A stretch of 64,000 bases of DNA from Gracilinanus agilis (GCF_016433145.1 NC_058132.1:30782437-30846436), one strand, 5' to 3'. Shown: positions 18,701 to 33,700, counted from the stretch's first letter. Translations and numbers: made by a program. Notes: generated by a model not told the origin, from the sequence alone.

Positions 18701-21700
18701 TAAGTGTCTACAATGGCGTTAAAGTCACCCAGAATCACAACTTGTCCTCTTTCAGCACATTAGTGAGGGTCTCCAAATTTTCATAAAATTTGCCCTCATC
18801 AGTCTGTCATGGTGGGGGCATACACACTGAGGGCGATGGCATAGCACTTTTCCTTCAAGTGACAATCACACTGTCCCGAGCCTGTTGTTCACTCCTTTGG
18901 GAGGCATGCAAGCTGGCTGCCTAAATTAGATTGGATTGCAAAACTTATGCCAGTTTTACAGCGCTCATTATGGGGCCATTCCAGAAAAGTGTGCCTCCAG
19001 ATCTGACTTGGGTCATCTGGCCTTCATTTGCCAGCCTTGTTTCCCCCAGGGCTGCTATTTGGGAGTGAGACCTGCTGAGTTCTCTCTCAATAAAGAGCTA
19101 TTCATCTCTCATGTCTACTGGATTTCATCTTCTCCTTAAGTGCGCACATCCCATGTGTCAATGAGGAGTGAAATCCTCTTCACATAAAGTTTTGTATATT
19201 TGTTATGTTTTGACCACAAGGTAGGATCCCCGCCCGCTGTGGTAAGCAGGTTAGGTGAAGCAGACAATATTTAAGGCATCTTTTCTAGCTCCTTTCCCTT
19301 GCCAAGACATGAGCAATGCTGCCCAAAGCACCCAGTGGGGCTGCTGAATCCTGGCTGCTCTAGCCCAGTGAGATGACTCTATGCCCAGGGCCAGGCTGCA
19401 TGCCGCATGTGCCTACAGTTCTGGTATGTCTGCATCTACTGCTTCATCACTTACCCATCACCACAGGACGTGGAGGTAGGCAAAAAGAGTAACTAAATAA
19501 AATAATACAACAATAAAATGAAATCGTAAAATGGCATGATGTCTTCTGACTCATGTAAATTGGATGTAAGTGAGGCAGGAGTGAGAAATCGTTAGCCTCG
19601 TTCTCTCTTCCAGTTAACAGTTAAATAGCAAAGGAAAAATGAAGCCTGGCGATGGCCCGGGATGCAGGGGAGGACCTTGGCATCGTCGATGGCTGACCGA
19701 GCTCTAAGTACTCCAAGCGCCTGCTTCTGCCGCCCTCAGGCACAGCAGAACGAATTGCTCCCGTCCGCCTATTCCACTGGAAAAGTCTTCACGTGCTTGG
19801 GGCAGTCACTTCCCCTAAGTGACCGAAGGGTCTGAGGCCTGTTGGGTACCCTCAACCTGGTCTGGCCTTCGGGCCAGGGTGTGGCCGCTGCACAGGCTAG
19901 TCTCTTGGAGCCACAGGCGGACACCGAGGCGGATAAGCAGCCCTCCCGCCACGGCTTAGTCCTTCCCAGATCTGCATGTCAGCCTTGTGCAGGGGCCGTG
20001 CTAATCTCGTCTATCATTCCAAGACAAACAGACAGGCACCATTCATCACCAATGACAGCTGCCACTTGCTGCCAACCCCCATCTCCACCCTCACACCCCC
20101 ATAGTTAAATTGAGTGAGTAAAGCAGTGATGGGCAAACTTTTTAAAGAGGGGCCAAAGGAAAGGGCTCCTCTGTCAGTCTGTTTCTAAGGCAACTCTTTC
20201 CAAGTTTCATTGTACTGTATCCTACTCATTGTATTCGTCAGATTAGGAAGAATGTGGTGGGGTGGGAGAGAACATTTCAGGGGCCACATCTGGCCTGGGG
20301 GCCGTAGTCACTGGTACAGGAGCTAAGAGCACAGGACTTGGGAAACGGGAAGACTCAGGGTATCGGCTCAAGTCTTGCCTCATCCCTTCATCTGTAAAAT
20401 GGAGACAGACAGCACCTATCATGGGACGACTGAGTTCACGCAAGACAGAGCAAACCTGAAGTGTTGGCTACGTTAACACCAGCCGTCCCCCTCCTCTGCC
20501 TTAGTAATAGGCTCCAGGCTTCAAGAGAACAACCTTCCCCCAACACACACCCCCTCCTGCCCCAAGCCCCTCGCCCAGCTCCAGGAAGGGCTCCGAGGGG
20601 GCAGGATTGTGGCCACAAGGCCACCTTCAGCCTTGCTGGAGGACAGCCCGGTGACCTCTGGGGCTCTTGTGGAGCCCCCTAGAAATGGAAGGGCCACCCC
20701 AGGAAGCTCCAGGCTCTAGCTCTAGGTTTGCTTCTAGGGAGAGGATTCCCAGCGCAGCCCCTGGGGACCCATGGAGGGGGGAGATGGGTGCCTGTAGGCC
20801 CCGCAGCCGCCGCTACTCGTAAATACACAATGAGCCTCCTGCCGACCACAGGAAGCACTCGGGATGACGTATGGACTGTCTGCAAAGATCAATCAAAGGC
20901 AGCCCCGAGCTACAGGACAGGAAGTGGATGGGGCAGAGGAAAAGCCTGGAGCCACTGGGCCCACTGAGGAAGCAGTCTTCTCTCAGCGGGTACAAACAAG
21001 GGAATTGGGATGTGCCCCTTCAGTCATCAATTATGCCACCCAATTGGGAATGGCCCTGGGTCTGGTCCTGCCAGGCCAGCAGGGCCCATCTGGGCTGCCC
21101 CTGCTCCTGCCTTCAGGCACTCGGACCCTGGCCCTCCTACATTTGCAGGTTTTTGACCAGCCCCAACCAAAGACGTGGGCTCAGACCCCAAACCTGCTAC
21201 CATTCCTTCCGCCAGATGGGAATGATCCTGGAATCCTGGCTCTGACCCTTCCTTGGCTACCAAAGTCAAGTGCTTTGCCCGCCCAAGTCACACGTGTGCA
21301 ACAGTGGGATGATTTCAGACCAAGTCCTGTAGCCGTAGCTGGTCCACTGGGGTAGGGAAGGCCAAGGAGGCCAAGTGACTTGATCCCAGGACACCCAGGT
21401 GGGATGCGAACTCAACCCACTGACTGGAGGCAGGCCTCCTCCCGGGGTCCCCTCCAGCAGGGAAACTGCCAGGCAGAATGCTTTGAAAACTGAGGATAAG
21501 CTGGATGGGGCCTAAGAGGGCACTGGGTCTGGCCCCCATTTTACAGCTATCAGTAGTTGAGGGAGAATTTGAACCTAAGTGTCTGATTCCAAATCACCAA
21601 CATCTGCTATTTGCACTCTAGCCCATGAGGGAGCCTGAGCAGCAGGCGCTGAGGCCCTGTGGCAGCTCGACGTCAGGACAGGTGGAAGGTTGAGCCATCA

Positions 21701-24700
21701 GGAGGGTGCCAGGGCCTACACTGAGGACACTCAGGTTCCTCCTAAGACAGCCCTCCCACCCCACCCCACCGAGCCCCAAAGGGACTTACAATCTGCCTCC
21801 CTTCCATCTCCAGCTTCCGCTGTCCACTCAGGATCTTGTGGCCCACAGTTCCCTGTACACAGTAGCCTGGCATGATGACCTGGGGGCCAGAAACTGGGCG
21901 GTGAGACACACAAGCAAGGTTCCATCCAGGCCAAACAGTACACTTTCATGTTAAGACTACACACAGCATTGCTGGGCAGGCTCTGAGATGTCCCAAGGCC
22001 AAGTAACAAGGACTTTGGGATCATCTGCCATTTGGAGCCCCCCCACCCCGTGAAGGGCAAGCAGGAACAGTGGCTAAGGAGCCCTGAGCACCAGGCTCCC
22101 AGCAGAACCTGTCAGAGCTCTGCAGGGCTCCTGGCACAATGAACAGAGCTCTAAGGGAGGCAAGTAGTGAGATCTCCCCCTCTCCTCCCTGGAAGAGAGC
22201 TCAGCTTGGGGGCCAAGGGAGCACCATATGGCTCTAGGCTTAGGCTCTAAGCCAGGACAAAACTGAGGAGAAAGGAGCAATCTTCAGGCCAACCCCGCTG
22301 TCCCCCAGACAAAGAGGAACAGCTGGCCCCAAGGCCTCTCCTCCACATCCTGCATGGAAGAGGAGCCACTGACAGCTCAAAGTGCCCCAGACAGCTGTGC
22401 CTGCCCCGCCCTTTAATTCTCCCTTCAGTGACCAGGATGACCAAGGGAGTACAGCCGCTGTCCCGTGACCCAGGAGCTAGCCTGGGTCACCACCAAATGA
22501 CAATGGCACCCTTACCATGTTCTTCTCATTCCCAGCCCATTTCCGGAAGATCTGCAGGGACTGTCCTGCATGCAGCATCCCTGGGGTGGCAAAGACAACC
22601 TTGGTGGAGAGAGGAGGAGAAGTGGTGATCAGAGGAACCCCAAAGACTGACCACGGGAAGCCGCAGGCAGAGAGACAGAGGGCCGAAGCCCAGTGCGTTT
22701 TCCAGTTTGTCCCAACAATTCTGATCTTCCTGGGCTGGCCAGGCCTCGGTCATACTGCCAAGCAGCCAGAGCCCCTCACCTCCTTCCCCTTTAAACTCGG
22801 GGGCCAGATACTTAAACATCCTCCCCAGATCCCGGCAGCTCCCCTCCCGTGAGAGAGCAAACATCAGACCCGACTATATAAAATCCAGAAAGGGGCCTTC
22901 GCCTCATGCCCAGAGAAGGAAATGAGGTTTGGACATGTGCCCAGAGATGGATTTTCCCACCGCCGTTCTCTTTCTAGGCCAGTTTCTGATTGCGCTTCCT
23001 CTGGGAGTACTAGAGGCCGAGGCTCTCAACCTACTCCTGCCTCCCCCTGCTGCAGGCACTCCTGTGAATGCATCCCAGTGTGGGCAGCGGTCTGGGCAGA
23101 AGCCCCAGCTGACCCCTGCCCTGCCCTACCATGGGTCCAGGGTTATCCGCAAAAGCTCGGTCAAAAGCCTTGATATGTTTGAACTCAAACATGTTTCTCT
23201 GCACAAATGTTTTCCGGATCTTCTGATTGGTCCAGGTGATGAAGAGCTTATAGTAGTGATTGGCCTTCTCGGTCAAGCCCGTGGAGAAGTAGATGGGGGC
23301 CTTCAGGTTCATTCGCTCCCTTGGGGAAGAGAAAGGGGAGGCAGTCAGTGCCAGCCAGTGGCTGTTGAGCCTGGCCTCCACACAAGGCCACCCAAGAAGC
23401 TTTCATCTCCTGGAGGCCCGGGCCTACCTTGGGGATGGGGGGAGGTCATCCAGGCACTAAACGGGGCCCGAGACAGCCAGCTCACAAACTTAAGTCTTGT
23501 CTGGTCTGAACTATTCAATGAATTTCGAATGAAATGGTGAGCTCTTGTGCTCCCAGCTTCTCCCGTCCACCATAAGCAGAGCCCCGAAGTGAAATCGGAT
23601 TCTATTCTGCCCAAGGTCATGTCACATTCTTAAAGCCTGGCATTGTGTCAGGCTTGCACTCGCTGCCAGGGAACTCTTAGAAATCACTGCCGTAGGGGCA
23701 GTTAGGTGGTTCAATGGACATAAAGGACCAGGCCTAGAGACGGGAGGTCCTAGGTTCAAATCTGACCTCAGACACTTCCCAGCTGTGTGACCTTGGGCAA
23801 GTCACTTGACTCCCACTGCATGGCCCTTAATGCTCTTCTGCCTTGGAACTGATACTTAGTATTGATTCTAAGACAGAAAATAAGGATTTTTTTAATAGAA
23901 AGAAATCATTGCCAGGCAGAGATTTTGGCTGTGAGGGCACCAGTCTTCAAGGAATTTCTTTTTTACATATACAAAAACATGCAAAGAAAGGATAGAAACA
24001 CTCCAAGGAGACACCGTTTTCTAGACACAGATAGAGCACCCCTCTCCCCACCACAAAATCCCCAAGCTATGCTTCTTAGGATAAGCCAGAGTCAGTGGTT
24101 TTCTTACCAAAATGTTTCCAACAGAATGCAGAGCTCCTGAGCCCGGCCCAGAGCAAACACTGGGATGAGAACCTGCAGAGGGAAGGCCCAGGGCCCAGAA
24201 GCATCAATCTGGAGTAGTTTCATTCATTCCCTTTCCCGTGACGGTCCATTCCTCTCCATCCCACCCCACCCGTGCTTCAAGGAAAAGTTCCATCCCAAAA
24301 AAGGAGAGTAATGAGTCTGTGGACATCCCCAAGTCTGTCTGCTTGTGTGGACGCTGCCTAGGAAGCCAAGCTCCACTAAGGCAAGAACTCTCCCGGAGCA
24401 GCTGCCTTGCTGACTAGGTTTCACACATGCATAGTTCTGAAGAACCAGTTTCATTTCCTGGAACACCAACTTGTCTCAGAGGATGCCCTCAGTTTGCTTT
24501 CTAATTCAGTGACAGGATAAGAATGTGCTGCAGGGGAAAGGAGGCTGGACTGGGAGTCCTGGCTTTTGAACTCATGGTCTATGCAATCCCTTCTGGTTCC
24601 AAGTCCTTTGGTGCTGCTTAAAAGGACATCAGAGGATAGCTAGGTGGCTCAGTACTTAAGAGCACCAGGCCTAGAGTTAGGAGTTCCTGGGTTCAAACCT

Positions 24701-27700
24701 GGCCTGACACTACCCAGCTGTGTGACCCTGGGCAAGTCACTTAACTTAACCCCCACTGCCAACCCTGGCCGCTCTTCTGTCTTAGAACTGACACCAAGAC
24801 AGAAGGTAAGGGTTTACGGTAGGGGTCCTGGCTCTCCATTGCACTGCCCTGTCCTAGCCTTCTGATTGTATTATCAATCAAGCAACAAGAAAGTAGTAAG
24901 TCCTTCCCGTGTTCTAGGTACTAAGCTATATGCTGGCCATATATAGAACAAGTAAAGATGGTCGCTGCCATTACAGAGGTCTCATTCTACTGGAAAAGAC
25001 AACAAGGTAAATGAGAACATATGAGATGGGGCCTCTGAGCTAAGGCCTAAAACAAGCCAGGAATTCTAAGAGCTGACGTTTGTGAAGGATGGGCACCCAC
25101 ATCTGAGGAACAGCTAGTGCAAAGGCTTGGAAAGGGGTCATGGAGAGGGAGAGGCCCCAAGTGGGTAGGCATCACTGGGTTCACGTAGAGGAGCAAAATG
25201 TCAGGCTGGACTGGCAGAAGGAGGTCAGGTTATGAAAATCCTTAAATGCCACACAACAGGCTATATATTAGATCCTGAAGGTACAAGGGAGCCAATGGAG
25301 TTTACTGAGCAGAAGAATGACGAGGTGAAAGCTATGCTTTAGCAAAGTCACCTTGGCAAATGATAGAGATAGAGAAACTTGAAGCAAAGAAAAACTATTT
25401 CCTGAAAAGACAAAATGAGCAGAGGCCAAAGCTGGTCCCGGGATCTTTGGCCAGAAATCAGGACACCAGAGAGGTCAGTTCTTCCAGGCAGATCCCTAAC
25501 CCATGGGGCAGAGCCACACACCCCACCCTGGAGCTCTGGGGGAATGCCAGAAGAGGCTATCCAGACAGGATGCAGTAGAATGGGCAGGAGGGCCTGGAGA
25601 CTGAAGGCTGGCCCCAGAGGGCCTCAGCAAACCTAGGAGGCCATGAAGCACCAAACATAGGCTCTGCCTCCCTCAGGCTCCCTGGTGTGCCCCAATGCCC
25701 AGGGAATCAGTGAAGAGGATTTCCGTGGCCCTCAGGCCTCCCCAGCTATCCAGAGACTCACCGCCCTGGGCCTTGCTCTACCCCGCCTGTGGGTATCTTC
25801 AGCTTCCCTTTACAGGTCGTCTTTCCCCAACTAGAACGTAAGCTGCTTGAGAGGAGGGCCTATCTGCTGCCATTCCCAGCCTGAGCCCAGTCCCTGGTAT
25901 GCAGGAAGAGCTTCACAAGTGCTCACTGCCCGACTTCTTTTTTTTTTTTTTAAACCCTTGTACTTCAGTGTATTGTCTCATAGGTGGAAGATTGGTAAGG
26001 GTGGGCAATGGGGGTCAAGTGACTTGGCCAGGGTCACACAGCTGGGAAGTGGCTGAGACCGGGTTTGAACCTAGGACCTCCTGTCTCTAGGCCTGATCAC
26101 TGCCCAACTTCTGCTTTTATTTTGTTCCATCTCTAGCAGCCGTGTTGTTTGGTTACCTTCCCGCCCCGCTCCACCGTCTCATGCACTTTCTTCAGGAAGT
26201 CCCTCTCTCGGCAGCGCTTGGAGTCTCGGATGGTCGTCGCATAAGTGGACTCAGTGATGAGCAGGTTGGGTCGGCACTTATCAATCCAGGCAGCCCTGAG
26301 ACACAAGGCAGGCCACCATGAAGCTCAGCGCCATCCCCCTGAGCCCATCCTCATAGCACTCCTCACCTATATTTGGGTTTGCCATCCCCCTTCTCAACAG
26401 TCACCCAGGAGGGCCCAACTTCTAGCTCCCACTCCCAGGCGAGGAAGGTCCGTCTACCTGATGGCTCTGGGTGGCCCTGAGCATGGCAAACAGTTGCTAC
26501 CTTCTAATAAGGAAGGCTATGTAAGTTTCTGGCTCTCCTGTCCTACTTTCTGATGAAGTGTAGTGAAGGGCATTAGACCCAGAGCCAGGAAGTCTTGGGT
26601 TCAGCCCAGATACTTATTATTTGTGTGACCCTGGATAAGTCACTTCACCTCTGACTGCCTCAGTTTCCTCCTCTGTGGAATGAGGTGGTTGGATTCAGCA
26701 GTCTCTAAGGTCCCTTTAAGCTCTAGTTCTAGAATCCTAAGAACTTCTAAGTGCCTGTGAATCTTTTCAAACAGTCTTTTCTCCATGAAGACATGGAGCT
26801 ACTTGAAGTTCAAAATTAAATCCCCCAGAGATAAAGCCGGTAAAAGAGCTTCCATCCCCCGACCTGGTCATCTGTGCAGCAAAGCTTCCACCTGGCACCC
26901 AGGGGGGCAGCACTCCTAATACACATAAACCAGGCAGCTAATTGCCTGCAAAAGGACACTTTGACCCAGCTGTCAGAGGGCTTGTGGGGAGGAGGGTATT
27001 GATCCCAACTGGTGCAGAATTACAATGAAAAAGAAGCTCTCCAACACTCCTTCAGGGCAGGCTGTTCTAAGCAGACATCTATGCTGGGAACATAAAGAGC
27101 CACCCACATCCTCACAGGTTAACAGGCATCCTTGATGTGAATCCCCCATGTGGAAAAAAACCCCAGAACAACAAACTCTTCATTGGAGCAGAAGCTCGGC
27201 ATCCCACTTACCCTAAGTGCCGGTCCGGAGTCATGTTGTAATCACCCTAGCAGAAGAGAACCAGAGGGAGCTGGGGTTCAGCCTTCCATTTACAGAGCAT
27301 CTCGGCCCACTCTCTCTCCCACCCCAAACCACCTCCCTCTCAAACACAGGTAGGTCAAACGCCTTACTGTGTAAACCGCAGATTCAGAGCCAACTTTGAT
27401 CTGGAACATGGCAGCACCCAGCACATGGCCCGCATAGTAGGCCTTGATTTCCAGCTCATCATCCACCTACAGAGGAAAGAGACCAGCTTTCATTCCTGCA
27501 GGCTGTGACAGAAGGGAATGGGCAGAGGGAGGCAGGGTGGGCAGCACAGGTAGCTGGCAGAGATACAGTAAGGCACAAACCCAATCTTTGCTCACTGTCA
27601 CAACTGGGAATTCAGGCTTCCCTTTGCCAAAAAAGCAACCTGCGACCAGAAATGCCTTTATCCTATAAAGGGAGGAACTCTCATTAGAACTGCAGCCCAG

Positions 27701-30700
27701 TTTTAAAAGGAAAATTAAGGGGACAGCTGGGTGGCTCAGTGGACTGAGAGCCAGGCCCAGAGATGGGAGGTCCTGGGTTCAAACCTGGCCTCAGATTCTT
27801 CCCAGCCGTGCGACCCTGGGCAAGTCACTAAACCCCCATTGCCTAACACTTACCGTTCTTCTGCCTTGGAACCAATACATAGTACTGATTCTAAAACAGA
27901 AGGTAATGGTTTTAAAAAATAAAATAAAAGGAAAATTAAAGCTAGCCCATCCCCACCCCCTGAGGTAGCTGATAGTCTTTTCCCTCAATATCCTCAAACC
28001 AAAGATCAAGACTGGGCTCCAGGGGAGTAAGAGCCAGGTCTGAAGATAGGAGGATCTGGGTTCAAATGTGCCCTCAGACATTTCCTAGCTGTATGACCCT
28101 GGGTAAGGCTCTTAACCACCACTGCCTAGCCCTTATGGCTCTTAGGCCTTGGAAAATTCAAGGTTTTGATCCTAAGATGGAAGGGAAGAGTTTAGAAAGA
28201 AAAAAACTAAGCCCTTGAGATACCAGCCAGCACCCCATAGGCCCTTCCTGCCAGGTCTCCCTCCATCCTTCCCACCCCACCCCCTCTCTCCTCCTGGGCA
28301 AATAGGGTAACTAGGCCCTCAGTGTGCTCCCTGTACTTGAGAAGCTCTTTCCTGGACTGAAAGCTCTTTGAGAAGGACGCTGCTGCCTCACTTACTCTGT
28401 ACAGCCCATGGCGGAAAAAGGCCTCGCCATTTATAAAAGAAAACAGTGAAAAGGGAGTTATTCACCAGACCAAAGCTAGGTACCTAGAACTGGGGAGAAG
28501 ACTCAGGGAGGCCATGGGGCCTGCCTTCAAGTACTCGAGGTCAGCTGGGGACTTGCTTCTCTGGGCCCCACAGGGCAGAACCAAAAATGAGGGATAGAAG
28601 AGGCAAAGACAAAGATTTAAGCTGGATGTTAGCAAAAACTTCCTAACAATGAGAGCAATGGGTTGCCCCAAGGGAGATGGGGCCTCTCCTAAACTGGAGG
28701 CCTGGAAGCAGGGAGTGTGAGTCACAAACAGGGCTTGTTTGGGTTTTTGTTCTGGGGGAGGGAGGATGACCTGGATGAGATGGTCACTGAGGTCCTTTCC
28801 AACTTGGACATTCTGGGCCAATGAAACCCTGTGAAACAGTAAGTCCTCAAAGAACTTAAAAATAATGATTTAACTTCCACTAGCCACTGTTCTGTCCTCT
28901 TAATGAAGCAAACTTTGCCAGGAAATGCTGGTTTTCCCAGGTGCTTTTCTAGCCCTCAGAAACCTGCAATAATAGAGGGGAGAGAACCTAAAGCAGGGGT
29001 CAGCAGCCTTTTTGGCCGTGAGAGCCATAAACGCCACATTTTTTAAAATGTAATTTCGTGAGAGCCGTACAGTGCTCACAGTGCGGCTCCTGTAACAGCG
29101 CCTGAAAAAAAATGGGCTTTATGGCTCCTGCAGAAAGAGCCATATCTGGCCCTCAAAAGAGCCAGAAATGGCTCAAGAGCCATACGTTGCCGACCCCTGA
29201 TCTAAAGGTTGTCTGTGTCTTGGCTTTGAAAGACCTCCTCCATGGTACCTGCAGCAGACTGGGCTAAGGCTAGACGCTAATTAGTTTGCATCCTGGAGCA
29301 CAATGAGCTTCCTAGAGGGGATCCAAGAGGGAGAATCAAGAGTTCAACTCATGTGAGGGCCCTAGGAAAGCCACCAGGAATTGTTCCCTGACCTGGACTG
29401 TTTGATGGAGGTGGACGGCCACCACCTTCTTCATGCAGTCCTTGATCATCTGTGAAGTGAAGAAGTTGGTTTCTCCCTTCTTATCCACAGTAATCTTCCT
29501 GTAGTCCTCCAGCAGAATGGGGCAGATAGCCTTGGTAGGGTGAGTCATGTAGATGGGTCCATCGTAGCCCACCATCTCACTGAAGTAAGGCAAGGCCCCA
29601 CAGTGGTCCAAGTGGAAGTGGCTAGGTCATAAAGAACAGTGAATAAGATGAGTTAAAGACAAAGCAATAAAGACACCCAGAGAGAAGATGGCAGAACCAG
29701 GAGAACAAGAAACATGCCTACCACAAAAGTATGCAAATGAAGACCACCTATGATGGCAACAAAACTTGGGTTGAGACAATGGCCAACATGGGGACCATCT
29801 TGTTAAAATATCCAAGCCTTCTGCTCTTCTAATGAGTGATAAATTACATTCACTGCTGTACACATAAACACTCTTTTCTGCTGTTTGGTTTAACAGTCTT
29901 TGGGGAATATATACTGTGGTTGGTTTGAGGGTTTCTGTTTATCTGCTGCATTATAACATAATTTATCAATAAAGAAAACTTTCTGAAAAAAAAAATGTAG
30001 CTGGAGTGAGAGTCACCAGGTGGTCAGCTGTGTGGCCTCGGGGTCTAGACTCACTCGATTCAACACTGGTCAGCTCTCTCCTCCAAATAATCCTCATCCT
30101 CAGCACCCGTTTGTTCAGCATCTACTTAAGCTTTGACAGCTCAGTGTGTGCTCCATGAGTGGGAACCCAGAGACATCAGGTTTTGTTAGGGTTCCTAAAG
30201 CATTCTCCTCCATGTTGATCCAGGGTGTGTTCCACTCCCCCACAACACTGTAAGCTAAGGACTGTAAGGGTGCCTTCTGCTTTTTGGGCTCCTCCAATGA
30301 GGAGGAGCCCATGTTGAGAGAAGAGCATGTCACAGACAGCATTGCCATTGGGTAAGGACTTCATTTGATTCTTAAATCCTCCACTGAGCTAACAATAACT
30401 CACATTTTAATATCAATGGAAGAGTCATAAATTTAGAGGTAGAAGGGACCTTAGAGATCACCTGCCCTAACCCTCTCATTTTATTTATTCACTTTAAACC
30501 CTTATCTTCTATCTTGGTATCAATTCTAAGACAGAAAAGTATGGCAAGGGCTAGGCAATGGGGGTTAAGTAACATGCCCAAGGTGATACAGCTAAGAAGT
30601 ATCTGAGATCTGCCCACCCCCTTTTTTTTTAATCCTAAAATTTTATTTATTTTTAAATATTTTTCCATGGTTACATGATTCATGTTCTTTCCCTTTCCTC

Positions 30701-33700
30701 TTCCTTCCCTATTCCCGGAGCTGACAAGCAATCCCACTGGATTATGCAAGTATTATCACTTGAGTATCTGAGATTTGAACCCAGGTCCTCTCAACTCCAG
30801 GCCACTGTGCTACCTAGCTGCCCCTAAGCCCTTATTTTACACAAGGAATCTGAGGCAACGAGAGGTCAGTCAACTTGCCAAGGTCCACAGTAAGGCTGGG
30901 ATCTGAGATTCACATTCAACCCTCTCTCCACACATCTAATTGTTTCTACGGTGTACAATATTAGACACAGCATGGCATGGTGCCAAAAGAATGAACAGAA
31001 TGGGGAGAACCTGAATTTGAGTTCTACCTCTAACAGAATGTGTTGGTAAAATTGGAGGGAAGGGACAGGTCCAGAGTAGCTGCCCCACGAGGCCCCTTCT
31101 GACTCCAAACCTATATCCGGGCTCCTGGGACCAGAGACCAGACCAGTTACCCACTGCTGTGAAGCAGAGACCCCAAGGCCGAGCCTCAGCCTGTGCTTCC
31201 CTACCGGGCTGGCCCTTCAAGGCTGTCCACCTGTGCCCAGTTACAGCGTGGAGGGTGCGCCTCCAGGGAGTGTCAGAGCCCAGGCTCCTGCCCCAGGACA
31301 ATGAGGCGGCTACCGAGCCTGGTGGCAGTCTAGGACGGTCAAGAGGGAGGGCCCGAGAGACTACCCTTCCGGGCCAGGGCCTTCCACTCCAGTCTATTCT
31401 CTCAGCTGTAATCACTCCATCGAGGCTCCTACCTGATAATGACGCAGTCCAGGAAGTCCGTCAGCCTTCCATTCTGGGTAATGTAAGAAAAATCTGGAAA
31501 GCGTCTCTGAGGAGAAGCAAGGCAGAAAGAGGCTCAGTTATTCAGCATGGGGGGAGGCACTCCGGGCCAGGGTGCTCTGAGGGAGAGTAGAACCAGGTCA
31601 GGCTTAAATGCTAGCATCAGACATAAGAGCTGGGCCACTGGCTCAGCCCCCATGGAGCCGACTCAGGCCAGAATGGGCTCTCTTAGTTTGCCTCATTTAT
31701 TTTTCAAAGCTGTGGAGAGCTCAAAGTGAAGGATGGAAATGCTGCCAACTTTGGGGCCATGGGTTGACCTTGCAAACCAGTCATTATGCCTGAAGGTTTG
31801 TGGCTATTTAAAATAAATAAATAAAGAGACAGAAGCAAAGCCCCAGAATGCTCCTTATTTAATGTAGCTGCACTGCTTCTACCCTACAGGAAAGGTCATA
31901 AGAGCAGGGTGTTGGGCAATACAAGCCCAGCCTCATCCAGAACTAGTCATGGGATTAAGCCAAGGGCTGGGGAGCCCATGTCGGAAGCCAGGGCAGAGCC
32001 AGAGCTGCCCAGCAGAAGACAGAACCCAGACCTTCTGCCAATGCTCCTAGTTTCTAGCTTTGAGAACAAATGCTTATTCACTCTCTAAGCAGCTTACTAA
32101 CACATAAGAAGCCCAGCAAGAGGGCCTCCCAGCCATCCCACTTCCAAGCCTGGCCTGCCTTGAAGGTCCTGCTTTCCTGAGCTGGACTATGCTGGAAAGA
32201 ACAGTCGCCGGACTAGAAGGCAGCTCCCCACCCAGCCCTGTTTCCAGCCCAGGCCACTGTGATTTTCATTCCTAGAAGCATTAGGCACTTGGCCCAAATG
32301 GAAGGAAATCAGGTGGCTGAGGCTGGGGGCCTCAGTCCTAACAGCTCATGGAAAGGAGGAAAGTTCACAACAGCTCCCCAAGACCATGGAGATACCTCCC
32401 ATGAATGGGTGAAATGGGAAGAGGCAGCTCTCTTTACCCTGGGGTTTGGGAATTTCTCTGAGCACACCTCAAAAGATGAGCCTTCCAAATCCCAACTCCC
32501 CCAACCCTCTGGAGCCTCTGGAGAACTTACATCATCATTGTAGCCCATGTGCATCCCACAATCCAACATGACATTCTTGCCTGCGATGGAGACAAGGATA
32601 CAGCTGCGGCCCACGTCCTGACCAGCCCCTGCAACCAGAGCAAAGCAATCATCCAGATCTGTCTCCTACACACCATTACTCTTATAAGGGATGCCCCTCT
32701 CCCTCTCTGTCTGTATCTTCCTTCCTCCTGCCTCTCTCTCCACCCCCACCACCCATGTCTCTCCCACTGCAGGTCTTTCTACCCCTTACAAAATTCCTCT
32801 CTTCCAGGAAGCCTTCCCTTATTCACTCCACCTACCAAGCAGCTCAGCCCGTTGCTCTGTGTTCCTCTGGGCACAGGGCTCTTAGCATACTTTTAAAATT
32901 CAATTGCATTATAGTTTTGCTGAATTGGTTTTTTCCTCCCTCTCTTTCTCTTTTTATTCTTTGCTTAAAGAGATGGGTCTCAAGGTAGACTCTGAGGAGG
33001 AAGAATATATCGGGCAATAAAAATACCAATAAATTTTTAAACATCCAATTGCACTTGTTTTTTCAGAGATTCAAGGGGTGTGTGCATACATGCATGTGTG
33101 TGTGTGCATGCATGCATGTTAGGGAGAATCATGATCACAAGAAACCCAAGGGCAGTGAAAAGATGTGTGGTGGGTGTCTGGAGGCTGCCTGTAGCAGTGA
33201 CTGGCAGAGAAGAAACAGCATCAAAGACAGCATCAAGGAACCACATGGATAAGAATCTCACAGGAAGGGAGGGCAGGCATGGAGGAGCTGTGATCCCAGT
33301 GACAGAGGGAACTGCCACACCTATTGAGTCACCAAGTCATCAGAAACCCACCCAGCACCTCATGGGGATCTGGGCCTTCCGAAGGATGGAAGCCATGCTT
33401 GGTGTCTTTGGGGCATTCCAGTACAAACTCCCCAAATCAGTGGAGTTTTAAGAACTGGAATTCATGAACCTAAGATGCCAGGTGAGGCCTGGCTGCCCCC
33501 CAGAACAGCATTACACAGGCTCAGCCTGGACTACAGATTCTCCCAACATCCCTGTGGCTCTCGTTGGGGAAGTTAAACCCCAGGATCATAAGAAACTAAG
33601 CCGAGCACTGCGGCTCTGTGATCTCATCCACATGGAGCGTGCCACAACCTGTGCACATCATCCTACGCCTGTGCCTGTCCTGGAAAGCCTCTCTAATGTG

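Noticed and set aside
18850-19150. Apparent solo LTR (AATAAA near 19089, ending in CA)
   Set aside because: Minus-strand translation continues the RTE endonuclease ([14 protein letters not shown]), so it is LINE sequence.
30050-30370. Coding-like fragment ([33 protein letters not shown])
   Set aside because: Frameshifted and not identifiable from memory; could be a decayed retrocopy but unsupported without BLASTX.
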